This document shows, piece by piece, positions 32,798 through 42,453 of a stretch of DNA of 42,904 nt. Each line of letters starts with the position of its first letter. The stretch's first letter is position 1. The notes under the pieces are model-generated. The model searched no databases. It worked only from the letters and a program-made list of their open reading frames with translations, and was not told where the DNA came from. Position numbers and translations under genes: made by a program. Origin of the DNA: an uncultured bacterium (GTDB lineage Bacteria > RBG-13-61-14 > DRUE01); the NCBI GenBank assembly GCA_964592965.1, contig CAZQJX010000003.1, positions 1 through 42,904 of the forward strand, in the 5' to 3' direction.

Positions 32798-32823
32798 CAA
32801 TAGGAAGCTTTGAGCATAAAAGA

Positions 32824-33993
32824 TTATTCTTCCAGATTCTTGGCAAGAAAATCAGTAATCATTTTTTCCATCGTGGGGTTTCGGATAAGGAAGGAATCGT
32901 GCCCATAGTCAGATTTTATTTCGCAGTAGGTAACTTCCAGATTGTTCTTTTTAAGAGCGCGGACGATTTCTTTAGAATCTTTGCTAGGATAAAGCCAATC
33001 AGAGCTAAAGGAGAGGATAAGGAATTTTGCCTTAGCTGGTCTCAGCGCCTCTTCCAGAGTAAGCTGACCGCCTTTGGTCACATCAAAATAATCTATGGCT
33101 TTGGTTATGTAAAGATAAGAGTTGGCATCAAAACGCCTGATAAAAGCATCCCCCTGATAGTGAAGATAGCTCTCCACCTGAAACTCGGTGCTGAAGTTAT
33201 ATCCGTATTTTTCTCTATCTTTAAGCTTGCGACCGAATTTTCTGTGAAGCGCCTCTTCGCTCAAGTAGGTTATGTGAGCAATCATTCTCGCTAGTGCCAG
33301 CCCGGCATTTGGTTTCTCTCCGGTCTCATAATAATTTCCACCATTCCATTTTGGGTCCATCATTATTGCTCTTCTGCTCACTTCGTTAAAAGCAATTCCC
33401 TGAGCACTGAGCCGAGCAGAGGTGGCAATCAAAGTTGCGGTTTTTACTCGGTCAGGAAAGCGAATTGCCCACTCCAGCGCCTGCATACCGCCCATAGAGC
33501 CACCTACGACATTTAAAAGCCTTTCAACGCCAAGATGGTCAATGAGATAGCGCTGAGCCTCTACCATATCGCCAATGGTGACTACAGGAAATTCCAGTCC
33601 ATAGGGCTTACCTGTTTTAGGATTAATGGAGCTGGGACCTGTAGAGCCCTTACAACCGCCAATAACATTGGAACAGATAACAAAATATTTGTTAGTATCA
33701 AACGGCTTGCCAGGACCCACCATAAAATCCCACCAGCCAGGTTTGCGGTCTTGGGGAGTGTGATACCCAGCAACATGGGCATCACCGCTCAAAGCATGGC
33801 AGATTAATATCGCATTACTTTTCTTTTCATTGAGCTGTCCATAGGTTTCATAAGCAAGGGTAATAGGACCAAGCCTTTCGCCACTTTCCAAGACCATCTC
33901 ATTGGGAGGATGAGCAAAGGTATAGTATTGGGTCTTTACCAGACCCACAGAATTTGGTCCAAAGCGCTCTTCTAATCTGGCTGTCTCACGCAT
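32824..33993 (-). CDS. metX: Homoserine O-acetyltransferase
   Basis: 389 aa, alpha/beta hydrolase. Nucleophile elbow [13 protein letters not shown]. The N-terminal region [15 protein letters not shown] is typical of MetX. Confidence 0.92.
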   Translation of the reverse strand: MRETARLEERFGPNSVGLVKTQYYTFAHPPNEMVLESGERLGPITLAYETYGQLNEKKSNAILICHALSGDAHVAGYHTPQDRKPGWWDFMVGPGKPFDTNKYFVICSNVIGGCKGSTGPSSINPKTGKPYGLEFPVVTIGDMVEAQRYLIDHLGVERLLNVVGGSMGGMQALEWAIRFPDRVKTATLIATSARLSAQGIAFNEVSRRAIMMDPKWNGGNYYETGEKPNAGLALARMIAHITYLSEEALHRKFGRKLKDREKYGYNFSTEFQVESYLHYQGDAFIRRFDANSYLYITKAIDYFDVTKGGQLTLEEALRPAKAKFLILSFSSDWLYPSKDSKEIVRALKKNNLEVTYCEIKSDYGHDSFLIRNPTMEKMITDFLAKNLEE

Positions 33994-34105
33994 CTTTTTT
34001 ACCGAATTATTTATATATTCTAACCCCTTATAAAGGGAAATTCAATCAAAGTATAGACACCTTATCTCTAAATATGATATACTTTAAAACTAAAGGGGGC
34101 GGGAG

Positions 34106-35083
34106 GTGCCAGAAGATAAAAAACCAATCAGGGGAGAAGCAGTAGGTGTTTCAATTAAAATCTTCCCTGAAGGAAAAGAAGAGGGAAAGGTATATTCACG
34201 ATATATTCTTGAGCTGGACAAAGACCGTATTTATATAAAAACTGACCAGCCCCTTCCTAAAGGCGCAAAAATCACAGCGGTTATCGATGACCCAAGATTA
34301 GAAGAAAAAATTGAGCTTAAAGGAGAGGTGGTAAGGATTAATACCGCATCTGCTAAATCCGGAGGACTGGAGCCTGGTATGGGCATCATTTTTGAGCCAA
34401 TCAGTATAGTTGACCGAAGCAGGTTGAGCAGATTTTTTGAAGAATTAGAAAAAGAAGACCGAACCGAAGAATACCTGCGTTTTCTTGCTTGGGTAAGGAG
34501 AATCAGTAAGCCCCTTGATACTGAGGAGAAAGAAAAAATCAAAAGGGATTTATTGAGAGCTCTTTACGGTGAGGAGAGAAAGCCTTTAACCACACAGAGG
34601 AAAAAGCGTGAAGACCTAGAGCTCATCAGCCAGATTCCTCTTTTTAGCGAACTAGGACCGCTTGAGCTGGGAGAAGTGGCAGAGATTTGCTTAAAAGAGA
34701 AATTTAATCCTGGAGAAGTTATTTTTAAAGAGGGTGAGCCTGGAGATAAGTTTTACATTATTTTGAAGGGAGAGGTGGAAATTTACAAAGAGATATCTGA
34801 AGGAAGAGAAGAGGTTTTAGCCAAGCTCAAAGCTGGAGATTATTTTGGAGAGATGAGCCTGATTGATAATGCTCCTCGCTCTGCCAGCGCAAGGGCGGTG
34901 GGAGAGGTGGTTGCTCTTACCATATCCAAGCCAGATTTTGAAATCCTTCTTAAAGCCAGCGATTCCCTTTCAGCAAAAATTTATAAGTTTTTTGTTCAAA
35001 CTCTTTCCAAAAGGCTTCGGGATGCCAATGATAAGATTAAGCGCATTTTAGAGGTGCTGGGTTCAGGTGGAGAAGTCAGCTAG
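34106..35083 (+). CDS. PilZ-like N-terminal beta-barrel fused to a cyclic-nucleotide-binding domain
   Basis: GTG start after the RBS aaaggggg. The N-terminal half ends in a GMGIIFEPI motif common in PilZ-type barrels, but RxxxR and DxSxxG are not visible. The C-terminal CNB domain has FGEMSLIDNAPRSASA and is clearly paralogous to the 20291-20761 protein. Confidence 0.8.
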   Translation: MPEDKKPIRGEAVGVSIKIFPEGKEEGKVYSRYILELDKDRIYIKTDQPLPKGAKITAVIDDPRLEEKIELKGEVVRINTASAKSGGLEPGMGIIFEPISIVDRSRLSRFFEELEKEDRTEEYLRFLAWVRRISKPLDTEEKEKIKRDLLRALYGEERKPLTTQRKKREDLELISQIPLFSELGPLELGEVAEICLKEKFNPGEVIFKEGEPGDKFYIILKGEVEIYKEISEGREEVLAKLKAGDYFGEMSLIDNAPRSASARAVGEVVALTISKPDFEILLKASDSLSAKIYKFFVQTLSKRLRDANDKIKRILEVLGSGGEVS

Positions 35084-35126
35084 TATTGACCAGTTCTGTC
35101 ATAAGTTTCAGCTATAATTAAAAACG

Positions 35127-38100
35127 ATGGAGCATATTTTATACACAGCTTCGGGCTGGGAAGAGCTGGAGCAGAAGCTGATTGAGGAAATCAAAAGAGA
35201 AAAGGCTAAAGACCCTCTCCAACCAGTCTGGGTGCTGGTGGGCTCAAGGCTTCTCGCCAGGTATCTTGAAAGAAGGGTTTATGGCGAGCTTGCCCAAGAC
35301 AAGAAAGCCATAAATATCCACTTTATAATTTTTCCTGACCTCGTTGAAAGGCTTTACTATACCGAGCCTTTTCCGCAGTATCGTCCGAGCGTGGATTCTT
35401 TGGCAATATATCTTGTGGCTGAAAAAATCATTAAAAATCTAGATAGAGGGTATTTTTGGAATGTAAAGCAGACAAAAGGACTTCTCGCAGATGTTTTAGC
35501 AGTGCGAAGAGACCTTAAAGATGGATTAATAATGAATGAAACCTATGAGCATTTAAAAGAAAAGATTGATGAAATAGATTCGTCTGGAAAAGTCAGAGAG
35601 GTTTTTAAAATCATTGATGAAATAGATGCAGAGCTAAATGGATTTGAGCAGGACTGGCAGAGGTTTTTAATAGCAATTGAGTGTGCAGGCAAATTTAAGC
35701 AGGTTTTTAATTCAGGCGTTCTTTTTGTTTACGGGTTTTATGATTACACAGCGATTCAAAAGGAGCTGATTAAATCTCTTTCCCAGCATTGTCAGCTGAA
35801 GATTTTTATGATTTTTCCTGAAAATCCGTTTTTCAATGCTTTTGCCAAGTGGGCAAAGGATTTTTACACCAGCGAGCTTAAAGCTCAAAACCTAAAGCTA
35901 AAGTCCCGCTTTGGCAAAAGCAATTTAAAAATTTTTCTCACCAATCTTTCTCAATCAAATCCCAAAAAAAGAGTATTAAAAGATGATTTAACATTAAGAA
36001 TAGTTTTCGCTCCTAGTATAGAAAGGGAGGCAGAGGAGATTTGCCGAGAGATTTTCAGGTTAATTCATCAAGGAGTTAAATTTGAAGAAATAGGTGTTTT
36101 GGTCAGGGATTTCAATAATTATCGTAGGGTTTTGGAAAGCGCCTTTAATCGTTATAAGATTCCTTATTACCTTGAAGGTGGCAAGCCTGTGCTTGAATTG
36201 CCCTGCTTTCAAGCCATAATCAGGCTCTTGAAAATCATAGAGGATGATTATTCCCGAAAAACTATTGTTAAGTTTTTAAAAAGCAGGGCTTGTAAAAAAC
36301 CAAACCTGTCAGAAGAAGAAAAAGCCCTCACTACTCTTTTTGATTTAATAAGCCAAGAAGCACGCATAGTAAAAGGAAGAAAAAGCGAATGGGAAAAAGC
36401 TCTGAATGACTACACAGAAACCTTACAGAAAGAATTGAAAAAATGGCAGGAAAAAGAGACAGAGCAGGAACAAATAAAAGAAGAACTGATTAAAAGAAAA
36501 ATTGATGCCACAAACCTGCTTTCACGAGTGGTCAGCGAACTTATTACTGACCTTGAGGCTTTGCAAGCCAAAAATAACCTTAAAGAACAGGCAGAGTATT
36601 TAAAAGAGCTTGTGCAAAAATGGATAGATTTTGATTTCCTGCCCCAAAACCTCGCTGAAGAATTTAACCAAGACCAACAGAAAGCTAAAGAAAATCACCT
36701 GCAAACCATTTTTGATAATTTTATTGAAACCATTGCTTCTTTGGATTCTTTTGTCATAGATGCTGATTTTGAGATTTTTTCTCGCCTGATTGAGATGGGC
36801 ATACAAAGCCTGACCATTAAATTCGGCGAATATTCTCAAGGCGGGGTATGCCTAAGCGAGCTGATGAATGCTCGTGGTGCGCGCTTTCGGGCGGTTATTA
36901 TTCCTGGTCTGTATGAAGGAAGCTTTCCTCTTAAAATCAATGAAAGCCCGCTTCTTTTAGATGACGAGCGTGAGCAAATTAATCAGCTTCTTAAGGGAAA
37001 AACCAAGCTGGCTTTAAAACGAGACCTTCCTAAGGAAGAAAGGCTTTTATTTTATCTTGCCTGTCAGCAGGCAGAGGAGTATCTGGTCATTACCTCTTGC
37101 TGGTTGAGCTTAATTGATGGCAGACCGCAGGTGATAAGTTATCTTCTTGCTGATGCCATTGAGAGAACGCAGGCAGGAAAACCGATTAACTATGAGGATA
37201 CAAAAAAGTCAGTAGAAGGTTTTGAATGGATAAGATGGGTTGGGCTTGATGATTTTGCATATCCTTTTTCAGAGCTCGCTCTTGATAAAGACGATTTTGA
37301 GGCAGGTAATCTTAATGAAAATAACATTCTTAAGCTCGGTGGGCATCTCCTTAAAAATCAAGACCTGAAAAGGGCTTTAAATGTATTTTACGACCGCTGG
37401 ATAGATAATTCTTTTGGCATTTACAGCGGGAATTTATCGGTTGTGGATAAGTATTCTGCGGATAGATTTTCCATAATTGGTCAAAAAGTCAGCCATAGCA
37501 AATTAAAGAATTATCTTGAATGTCCTTTTAGATATTTTCTATCAGAGGTGCTGGAGGTTTCGGTTGTGGAAGAGCCAGAATTTGTCTGGACACCAAGCGG
37601 TTTAGAAGAAGGGAATTTATTGCATCAAGTTCTTCAAAAGCTTTTTGAGAGCCTTAAAGGTAAAAAGCTAAATGCTGAGGAGTATCGGAAAGCTCTGCTC
37701 AATCTTCTTACAGAAAAAGGAGCCGAGATACTAGCAGACGCAATTCCCAATTATAAATATCTTCCTGAAGAAGAGCTGAGAGAGCTCCGGTTTTATTTAG
37801 AAAATTATTATGAGCACATTATTCCCCGCTTAAGCGATTGGGAAACAGAAATTCCTTTCCGGCAAAATTTTATCCTTGATACAGGTGAATCGGTAATTTT
37901 AAGCGGAAGAATTGACCGAATGGATAAAGAGCTAGTTCGCAGACAGGTGGCAGAAGCTTTGGTGGTTGATTATAAAGCTTCTCCTTTGAATGACTATGAA
38001 AAAAAGCCACTTAATCTTATGCAGTTGGTGATTTATCTTATAAGTGTTGTAAACAAAGAAGGCATTTCTCCAGATAAAATTTCTGCCCAGTTTATTGGCT

Positions 38101-38399
38101 TAAAGAAGGATGAGCTTTTGGAGCCGGTAAAAATCTCTTTGCTAGGAGAGGATTTGGATATCTTCACCCAGCAACTGCAAAAAGCCCTTTTAAGAATGAA
38201 ACAGGGCATTGAAAAAGGAATTTTTATCCCAAAACCTGATAATAGCTATAATGGCTATTGTGAATACTGCAAATATTCAAATTTATGCCTGGCAAACACC
38301 AATGAATATGCAAGAAAAGAAAAAAATTCTTTTATTGAAGATTTGGAACAAGATTTAAAAGATATACAAAACATTTTGAAACCACTGGTTCAAAAATGA
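35127..38399 (+). CDS. addB: AddB/RexB-type helicase-nuclease subunit (inactive-helicase scaffold, PD-(D/E)xK nuclease and Fe-S cysteines)
   Basis: 1090 aa. C-terminal nuclease motif GRIDRMD ... VVDYKAS. One Cys lies in LECPFRYF and the CEYCKYSNLC cluster is CX2CX5C, which matches the AddB 4Cys iron-sulfur staple pattern. No P-loop was seen. ATGA overlap with addA. Confidence 0.85.
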   Translation: MEHILYTASGWEELEQKLIEEIKREKAKDPLQPVWVLVGSRLLARYLERRVYGELAQDKKAINIHFIIFPDLVERLYYTEPFPQYRPSVDSLAIYLVAEKIIKNLDRGYFWNVKQTKGLLADVLAVRRDLKDGLIMNETYEHLKEKIDEIDSSGKVREVFKIIDEIDAELNGFEQDWQRFLIAIECAGKFKQVFNSGVLFVYGFYDYTAIQKELIKSLSQHCQLKIFMIFPENPFFNAFAKWAKDFYTSELKAQNLKLKSRFGKSNLKIFLTNLSQSNPKKRVLKDDLTLRIVFAPSIEREAEEICREIFRLIHQGVKFEEIGVLVRDFNNYRRVLESAFNRYKIPYYLEGGKPVLELPCFQAIIRLLKIIEDDYSRKTIVKFLKSRACKKPNLSEEEKALTTLFDLISQEARIVKGRKSEWEKALNDYTETLQKELKKWQEKETEQEQIKEELIKRKIDATNLLSRVVSELITDLEALQAKNNLKEQAEYLKELVQKWIDFDFLPQNLAEEFNQDQQKAKENHLQTIFDNFIETIASLDSFVIDADFEIFSRLIEMGIQSLTIKFGEYSQGGVCLSELMNARGARFRAVIIPGLYEGSFPLKINESPLLLDDEREQINQLLKGKTKLALKRDLPKEERLLFYLACQQAEEYLVITSCWLSLIDGRPQVISYLLADAIERTQAGKPINYEDTKKSVEGFEWIRWVGLDDFAYPFSELALDKDDFEAGNLNENNILKLGGHLLKNQDLKRALNVFYDRWIDNSFGIYSGNLSVVDKYSADRFSIIGQKVSHSKLKNYLECPFRYFLSEVLEVSVVEEPEFVWTPSGLEEGNLLHQVLQKLFESLKGKKLNAEEYRKALLNLLTEKGAEILADAIPNYKYLPEEELRELRFYLENYYEHIIPRLSDWETEIPFRQNFILDTGESVILSGRIDRMDKELVRRQVAEALVVDYKASPLNDYEKKPLNLMQLVIYLISVVNKEGISPDKISAQFIGLKKDELLEPVKISLLGEDLDIFTQQLQKALLRMKQGIEKGIFIPKPDNSYNGYCEYCKYSNLCLANTNEYARKEKNSFIEDLEQDLKDIQNILKPLVQK

Positions 38400-41300
38400 A
38401 AGAGCTGGATAAAAAAACTCTTGCAAGAAAGGATTTAAATCTTTTAGTTGAAGCCAGCGCAGGCACAGGCAAGACCAGTAGCCTTTTGGATAGAATTCTG
38501 GCACTTATTGAACAAGATAAAGAGCTACAGATGCGCCAGCTGGTAGCGGTTACTTTTACAGAGAAAGCTGCCAGTGAGCTCAAAAACCGCCTTCGCCAGT
38601 GCCTACAGGAAAAGATTAACTCTAAAAAGATTTCTTCTCAAAGACTTCAAGTTTTTAAACAGGCTTTGAGTGATTTTGAGCAGGCAGAGATATCCACCAT
38701 TCATTCTTTCTGTGCCCGTCTGCTTCGCCTCCGTTCTGTTGAAGCAGGTGTATCACCTGAATTTCAGGTGATGGACGAGGCTCAATCAGCAGAGTTTTTC
38801 GAGCAGGCTTGGGAAGAGTGGCTTGAAAAGAGCTTAGTTGAGCACAGGGAAATATTCAGGGAACTTCGTCAGGCAGGAATTACCAATGATATAATCAAAA
38901 CATTTGCTCAAAGGTTTTATGAAGATAGAGACCTTTTTGAAGCAAACTATGAAAATTGGTTAAAAGAAAAGTCTCTGAGCGTTGAAGAAGCATATCAGCA
39001 AATCAAGGTGCTTTGCCAGAATACATCTGAAGATGAGCTTAAAGAATTTTATTTATTTCTTGAAAGCTGTGCCAATGAAGAAGAAAGATTAAAGCGGGCG
39101 ATTTACCAAAAGGAGCTGAAAAGGATAATAAATAGGCGCAATAATTTACTAAAAGGTCTTAAAAGGGTGAAAACTGAGAGCACCATACAAAAAAAGTTGA
39201 AGATAATAGAAGCTTATGACCATTTTTTGGCTATTATTTATAATGCTCGGAATGCCCTTTTTCAAAAGATAGTTTTTCTGGCAAGGGAATTTTTTGACCA
39301 TCTTGAAATCAGGAAATTAACCAATGAGGTTTTAGATTTTCAAGACCTTCTTTTAAGGGCAAGGAATCTTTTAAGAGATAACAAAGAAGTAAGAGCATAT
39401 TTTAAAAATCGCTTCCGCTATATCTTGGTTGATGAATTTCAAGATACTGACCCGCTTCAGGTAGAGGTGATTTTCTTTTTGGCAGAGAAAAAAGATAAGT
39501 TTGCTGATAGCTGGAAAGATGTGGAGCTTGAGAGCGGGAAATTATTTTTGGTTGGCGACCCCAAGCAATCAATTTACCATTTCCGGCGTGCTGATTTAAG
39601 GATATACCAGGCGGTGAAGAACATTTTAGACGAAAAAAAGCAGGCGGATTTACGGTTTTTACCACAAAACTTTCGTTCTCATAAGAGCCTGATTAAATGG
39701 GTGAATGATACCTTTAAAGAGAAATTCGGTGATGAAGATACCCCTTTGCAACCTGCTTATCAAGAGCTTTCTCACACTGTAGATTATTCTCTTTCAAACC
39801 AGCTTTTAGACAGGTCTGTAATTATAATTGATTTGGAAGAGGAGCCTGATATAGCTCCTAGCGGGGCGCATGGATATAGAACTGATGACATCAGACAATT
39901 AGAGGCACGAGCAATTGCTGATTTTATCCAATGGGCAGTAGCTAACAAAATTCAAATTTTTGAAAAAGACCAAACCAAATGGGAAAAAAGAGATGTCCGC
40001 TACAGCGATTTCGCTATTTTATATCCGAGACACAAATATATATCTTTTGTTGAAGCCGAGCTGAAAAGACGAAACCTTCCTTTTGAAACCGTTTCAGGAG
40101 AAGCATTTAACGCAAGGGAAGAAGTAAAGGGAATTTGTTTTATTTTAAAAGCATTGAGCAATCCTTATGATGAAGCATCTCTGGTTGGAGCTCTCCGCTC
40201 TTTTTATTTCGGCGTAAGTGATTTTGAGCTTTTTGAGTTCAAAAAAGCTGGTGGTAGCTGGAGGTGGCTTGAGCATTTCCCAGATAGAGAAAGATTCCCA
40301 ACTATTGCTGAAGCTTATGATTTTCTGCGACATCTTTATAATCAGGTGGAGAGGCTTCCTATTGTAGAATTAATCAATCAGATTGCTTCTCATATTAAAC
40401 TAAAACAGATAAGAAAACTGCATCCTTATTTTAACCAGATTCTTTTGAACATTGAACGGATGAAAAATTTAGCCTGCGAATTTGAAAAACTGGGAGAGGC
40501 AGACCTAGATGATTTTATCTATTGGCTGGAGAAAGTAAGCGCTGGTGAGGCAAAAGAAGCAGAGATTGTTGCTGTCGATGCAGAAAACACCATCAAGTTG
40601 ATGACTTTTCACAAGGCAAAGGGGTTGGAATTTCCAATTGTTATTCTCGCTAATTTATCCAACCAGATAAAGAGTTCAGAAGAAAACTTTATTATTAAAG
40701 ACTGGAAAAGGGAAAGGATAGAGGTGTTTTATAAAAAAAGGTTAAAGTCCTCAGGATTTGATGAGCTGAGTGAAGAAGAAGAGAAATACAATGAAGCAGA
40801 GCAAATCAGGCTTTTATATGTTGCCTGCACTCGTGCCAAGCAGTATCTGGTAATTCCTGACCCCAAAAACCTCTGGAATGGCAGAAATACCTATTTAGAA
40901 ATTATTAAAGAAGGCATCTCAAAAGAAGATAAACAAAGCAAATCCAAATGCATTTTAAGAAAGCCAGCTAGCGAGCTCAGAAAATATAGAACCATTGAGC
41001 AGATGCGGGCTTTTGTAGATTTCATTAATCTTTCCCCTCAATCAACCCAGCTTGAAAAACAGGTTCGGGAATTTGAAGAAAAGCGGAGCGAAGTGATTAA
41101 CATAGCTTCTGAATACAAAGAGATAAAATCTCCCAGCGAACTGATAGAATTTGAAGAAAAAATACCTTACAGCACCGAGCGATTGCAAGCACTGGATTTA
41201 GGCAGTTTAATTCATAAGGTTGTTGAGATAGCTGGTAGAAGCTCTGTGAAGGTAGCTCTCGCTCTCGCTGATAGACTAATTTCTGAAAATCCTTCTCTCA

Positions 41301-41653
41301 GTGAGAAAAGAGAAGAAATTATGGAGCTGATTAAGAATCTTTGGCAGTGCGAGCTTATTGATAAAATCCAAAACCTTGCTTGTTGGCAGGAAGTTCCTTT
41401 CTTTATTGAGCTGGATGGTGTTTTTTACAAAGGAAAAATAGACCTTCTTTTCCGCCATTCAGCTAATCAGCTTGAGATGGTTGATTTAAAAACCGACCAC
41501 CTGAGCCAAGAAACTATTTCAACCCACATCAATAGATACAAAGGACAAATGGAAATATATCGTAGAGCTTTGGAAAAATTATTTCCCAATCATTCTATTA
41601 GCAGTAAAATCTTTTTTGCCAGAATAAATGAGCTGGTGGAGATTAAAAAATAG
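38396..41653 (+). CDS. addA: AddA/RexA-type UvrD-family helicase with C-terminal RecB-like nuclease
   Basis: 1085 aa. Walker A ASAGTGKTS, motif II VDEFQDTDP, FLVGDPKQSIYHFRRA, TFHKAKGLEF, LLYVACTRAK. C-terminal nuclease GKIDLLF ... MVDLKTD. Confidence 0.9.
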   Translation: MKELDKKTLARKDLNLLVEASAGTGKTSSLLDRILALIEQDKELQMRQLVAVTFTEKAASELKNRLRQCLQEKINSKKISSQRLQVFKQALSDFEQAEISTIHSFCARLLRLRSVEAGVSPEFQVMDEAQSAEFFEQAWEEWLEKSLVEHREIFRELRQAGITNDIIKTFAQRFYEDRDLFEANYENWLKEKSLSVEEAYQQIKVLCQNTSEDELKEFYLFLESCANEEERLKRAIYQKELKRIINRRNNLLKGLKRVKTESTIQKKLKIIEAYDHFLAIIYNARNALFQKIVFLAREFFDHLEIRKLTNEVLDFQDLLLRARNLLRDNKEVRAYFKNRFRYILVDEFQDTDPLQVEVIFFLAEKKDKFADSWKDVELESGKLFLVGDPKQSIYHFRRADLRIYQAVKNILDEKKQADLRFLPQNFRSHKSLIKWVNDTFKEKFGDEDTPLQPAYQELSHTVDYSLSNQLLDRSVIIIDLEEEPDIAPSGAHGYRTDDIRQLEARAIADFIQWAVANKIQIFEKDQTKWEKRDVRYSDFAILYPRHKYISFVEAELKRRNLPFETVSGEAFNAREEVKGICFILKALSNPYDEASLVGALRSFYFGVSDFELFEFKKAGGSWRWLEHFPDRERFPTIAEAYDFLRHLYNQVERLPIVELINQIASHIKLKQIRKLHPYFNQILLNIERMKNLACEFEKLGEADLDDFIYWLEKVSAGEAKEAEIVAVDAENTIKLMTFHKAKGLEFPIVILANLSNQIKSSEENFIIKDWKRERIEVFYKKRLKSSGFDELSEEEEKYNEAEQIRLLYVACTRAKQYLVIPDPKNLWNGRNTYLEIIKEGISKEDKQSKSKCILRKPASELRKYRTIEQMRAFVDFINLSPQSTQLEKQVREFEEKRSEVINIASEYKEIKSPSELIEFEEKIPYSTERLQALDLGSLIHKVVEIAGRSSVKVALALADRLISENPSLSEKREEIMELIKNLWQCELIDKIQNLACWQEVPFFIELDGVFYKGKIDLLFRHSANQLEMVDLKTDHLSQETISTHINRYKGQMEIYRRALEKLFPNHSISSKIFFARINELVEIKK

Positions 41654-41718
41654 TTCAATTCGCTGTTGTCAACTATTCAGATTTTTTCGCGAGCTGATTT
41701 TTTTATCTTCAAAACTAA

Positions 41719-42300
41719 TCAACCAATTACATTTTGTAGCTGGAGCAGGAAGGTAACATCGCCATCAAAGCTCATTTTTCCTGCCATAAACAGGTCCTGA
41801 CCTGTGGCTTCTTTTTTCACCATTTTAATGTAATCATCAAGAGCCATTCTTAAAGTAGCTGATGGGGTTTCCGAGCCATTAAATACCATTTTGACCTTGT
41901 ATTGACTTCCATCAGGGCGATTTAACTCAAGGTTTAAACAGCCTTTTAGGTTCTTAATGGTATTAAGCTGGTCTTTTGTTCCACCAACCTGCTCAATGTT
42001 AGTGAATTGGTCCATAACGCCAGGAACTTTACCAGTAATAGAATCTCTCCAATCTTTCTCGCTCAGCTCAATCAAAACATTGGGAGTTTCTATTCCACCT
42101 TCAATAATTTCCAGATTTTTTCCATCAGTGATTTTTAAAGCATAATTACCACCGCCTTCGCCAGTAATATTGAACTGAATAGTAAATTCTTCCCCAGCCA
42201 GCGCCGAAGTATCAACCTGCTTGACTCCTTCTTCAAAAAGCTTAGGAACCTCGTTAAGGAAAAAATCTTTTACTGAGATATTTTCAGGAAATGTAGCCAT
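41719..42300 (-). CDS. SCP2 sterol/lipid-carrier domain protein
   Basis: 193 aa. FNITGEGGGNYALKI ... and the C-terminal LFMAGKMSFDGDVTFLLQLQ match the SCP2 pattern (GK-hydrophobic-x-x-x-G-D). RBS aaaggaggggtag upstream. Confidence 0.75.
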   Translation of the reverse strand: MATFPENISVKDFFLNEVPKLFEEGVKQVDTSALAGEEFTIQFNITGEGGGNYALKITDGKNLEIIEGGIETPNVLIELSEKDWRDSITGKVPGVMDQFTNIEQVGGTKDQLNTIKNLKGCLNLELNRPDGSQYKVKMVFNGSETPSATLRMALDDYIKMVKKEATGQDLFMAGKMSFDGDVTFLLQLQNVIG

Positions 42301-42396
42301 TTCTACCCCTCCTTTTTGTTTTTGTTAAAAAATTAGTTAATCATAATTCTAACTTTGTGTCAACAAAAATTCTAAAAAAATCGCATTCAATTAAAA

Positions 42397-42424
42397 TTGA
42401 CTTGGGAAAAAATTTTGTTAATAT
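42397..42424 (+). promoter_or_regulatory. Candidate sigma-70 promoter (extended -10) for the terminal beta-barrel gene
   Basis: TTGACT - 16 nt - TAATAT, preceded by TGt. About 30 nt downstream come the RBS aaggagg and ATG 42454. Confidence 0.45.
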
Positions 42425-42453
42425 ATGGAAAAACAACAAGGAGGTGAGTAGCG

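Noticed and set aside
41654-41718. An expected bidirectional terminator between the convergent addA and SCP2 genes.
   Set aside because: Only very short or weak pairings are present (for example TCAG...CTGA around a long loop) next to T-runs. I could not build a convincing hairpin.
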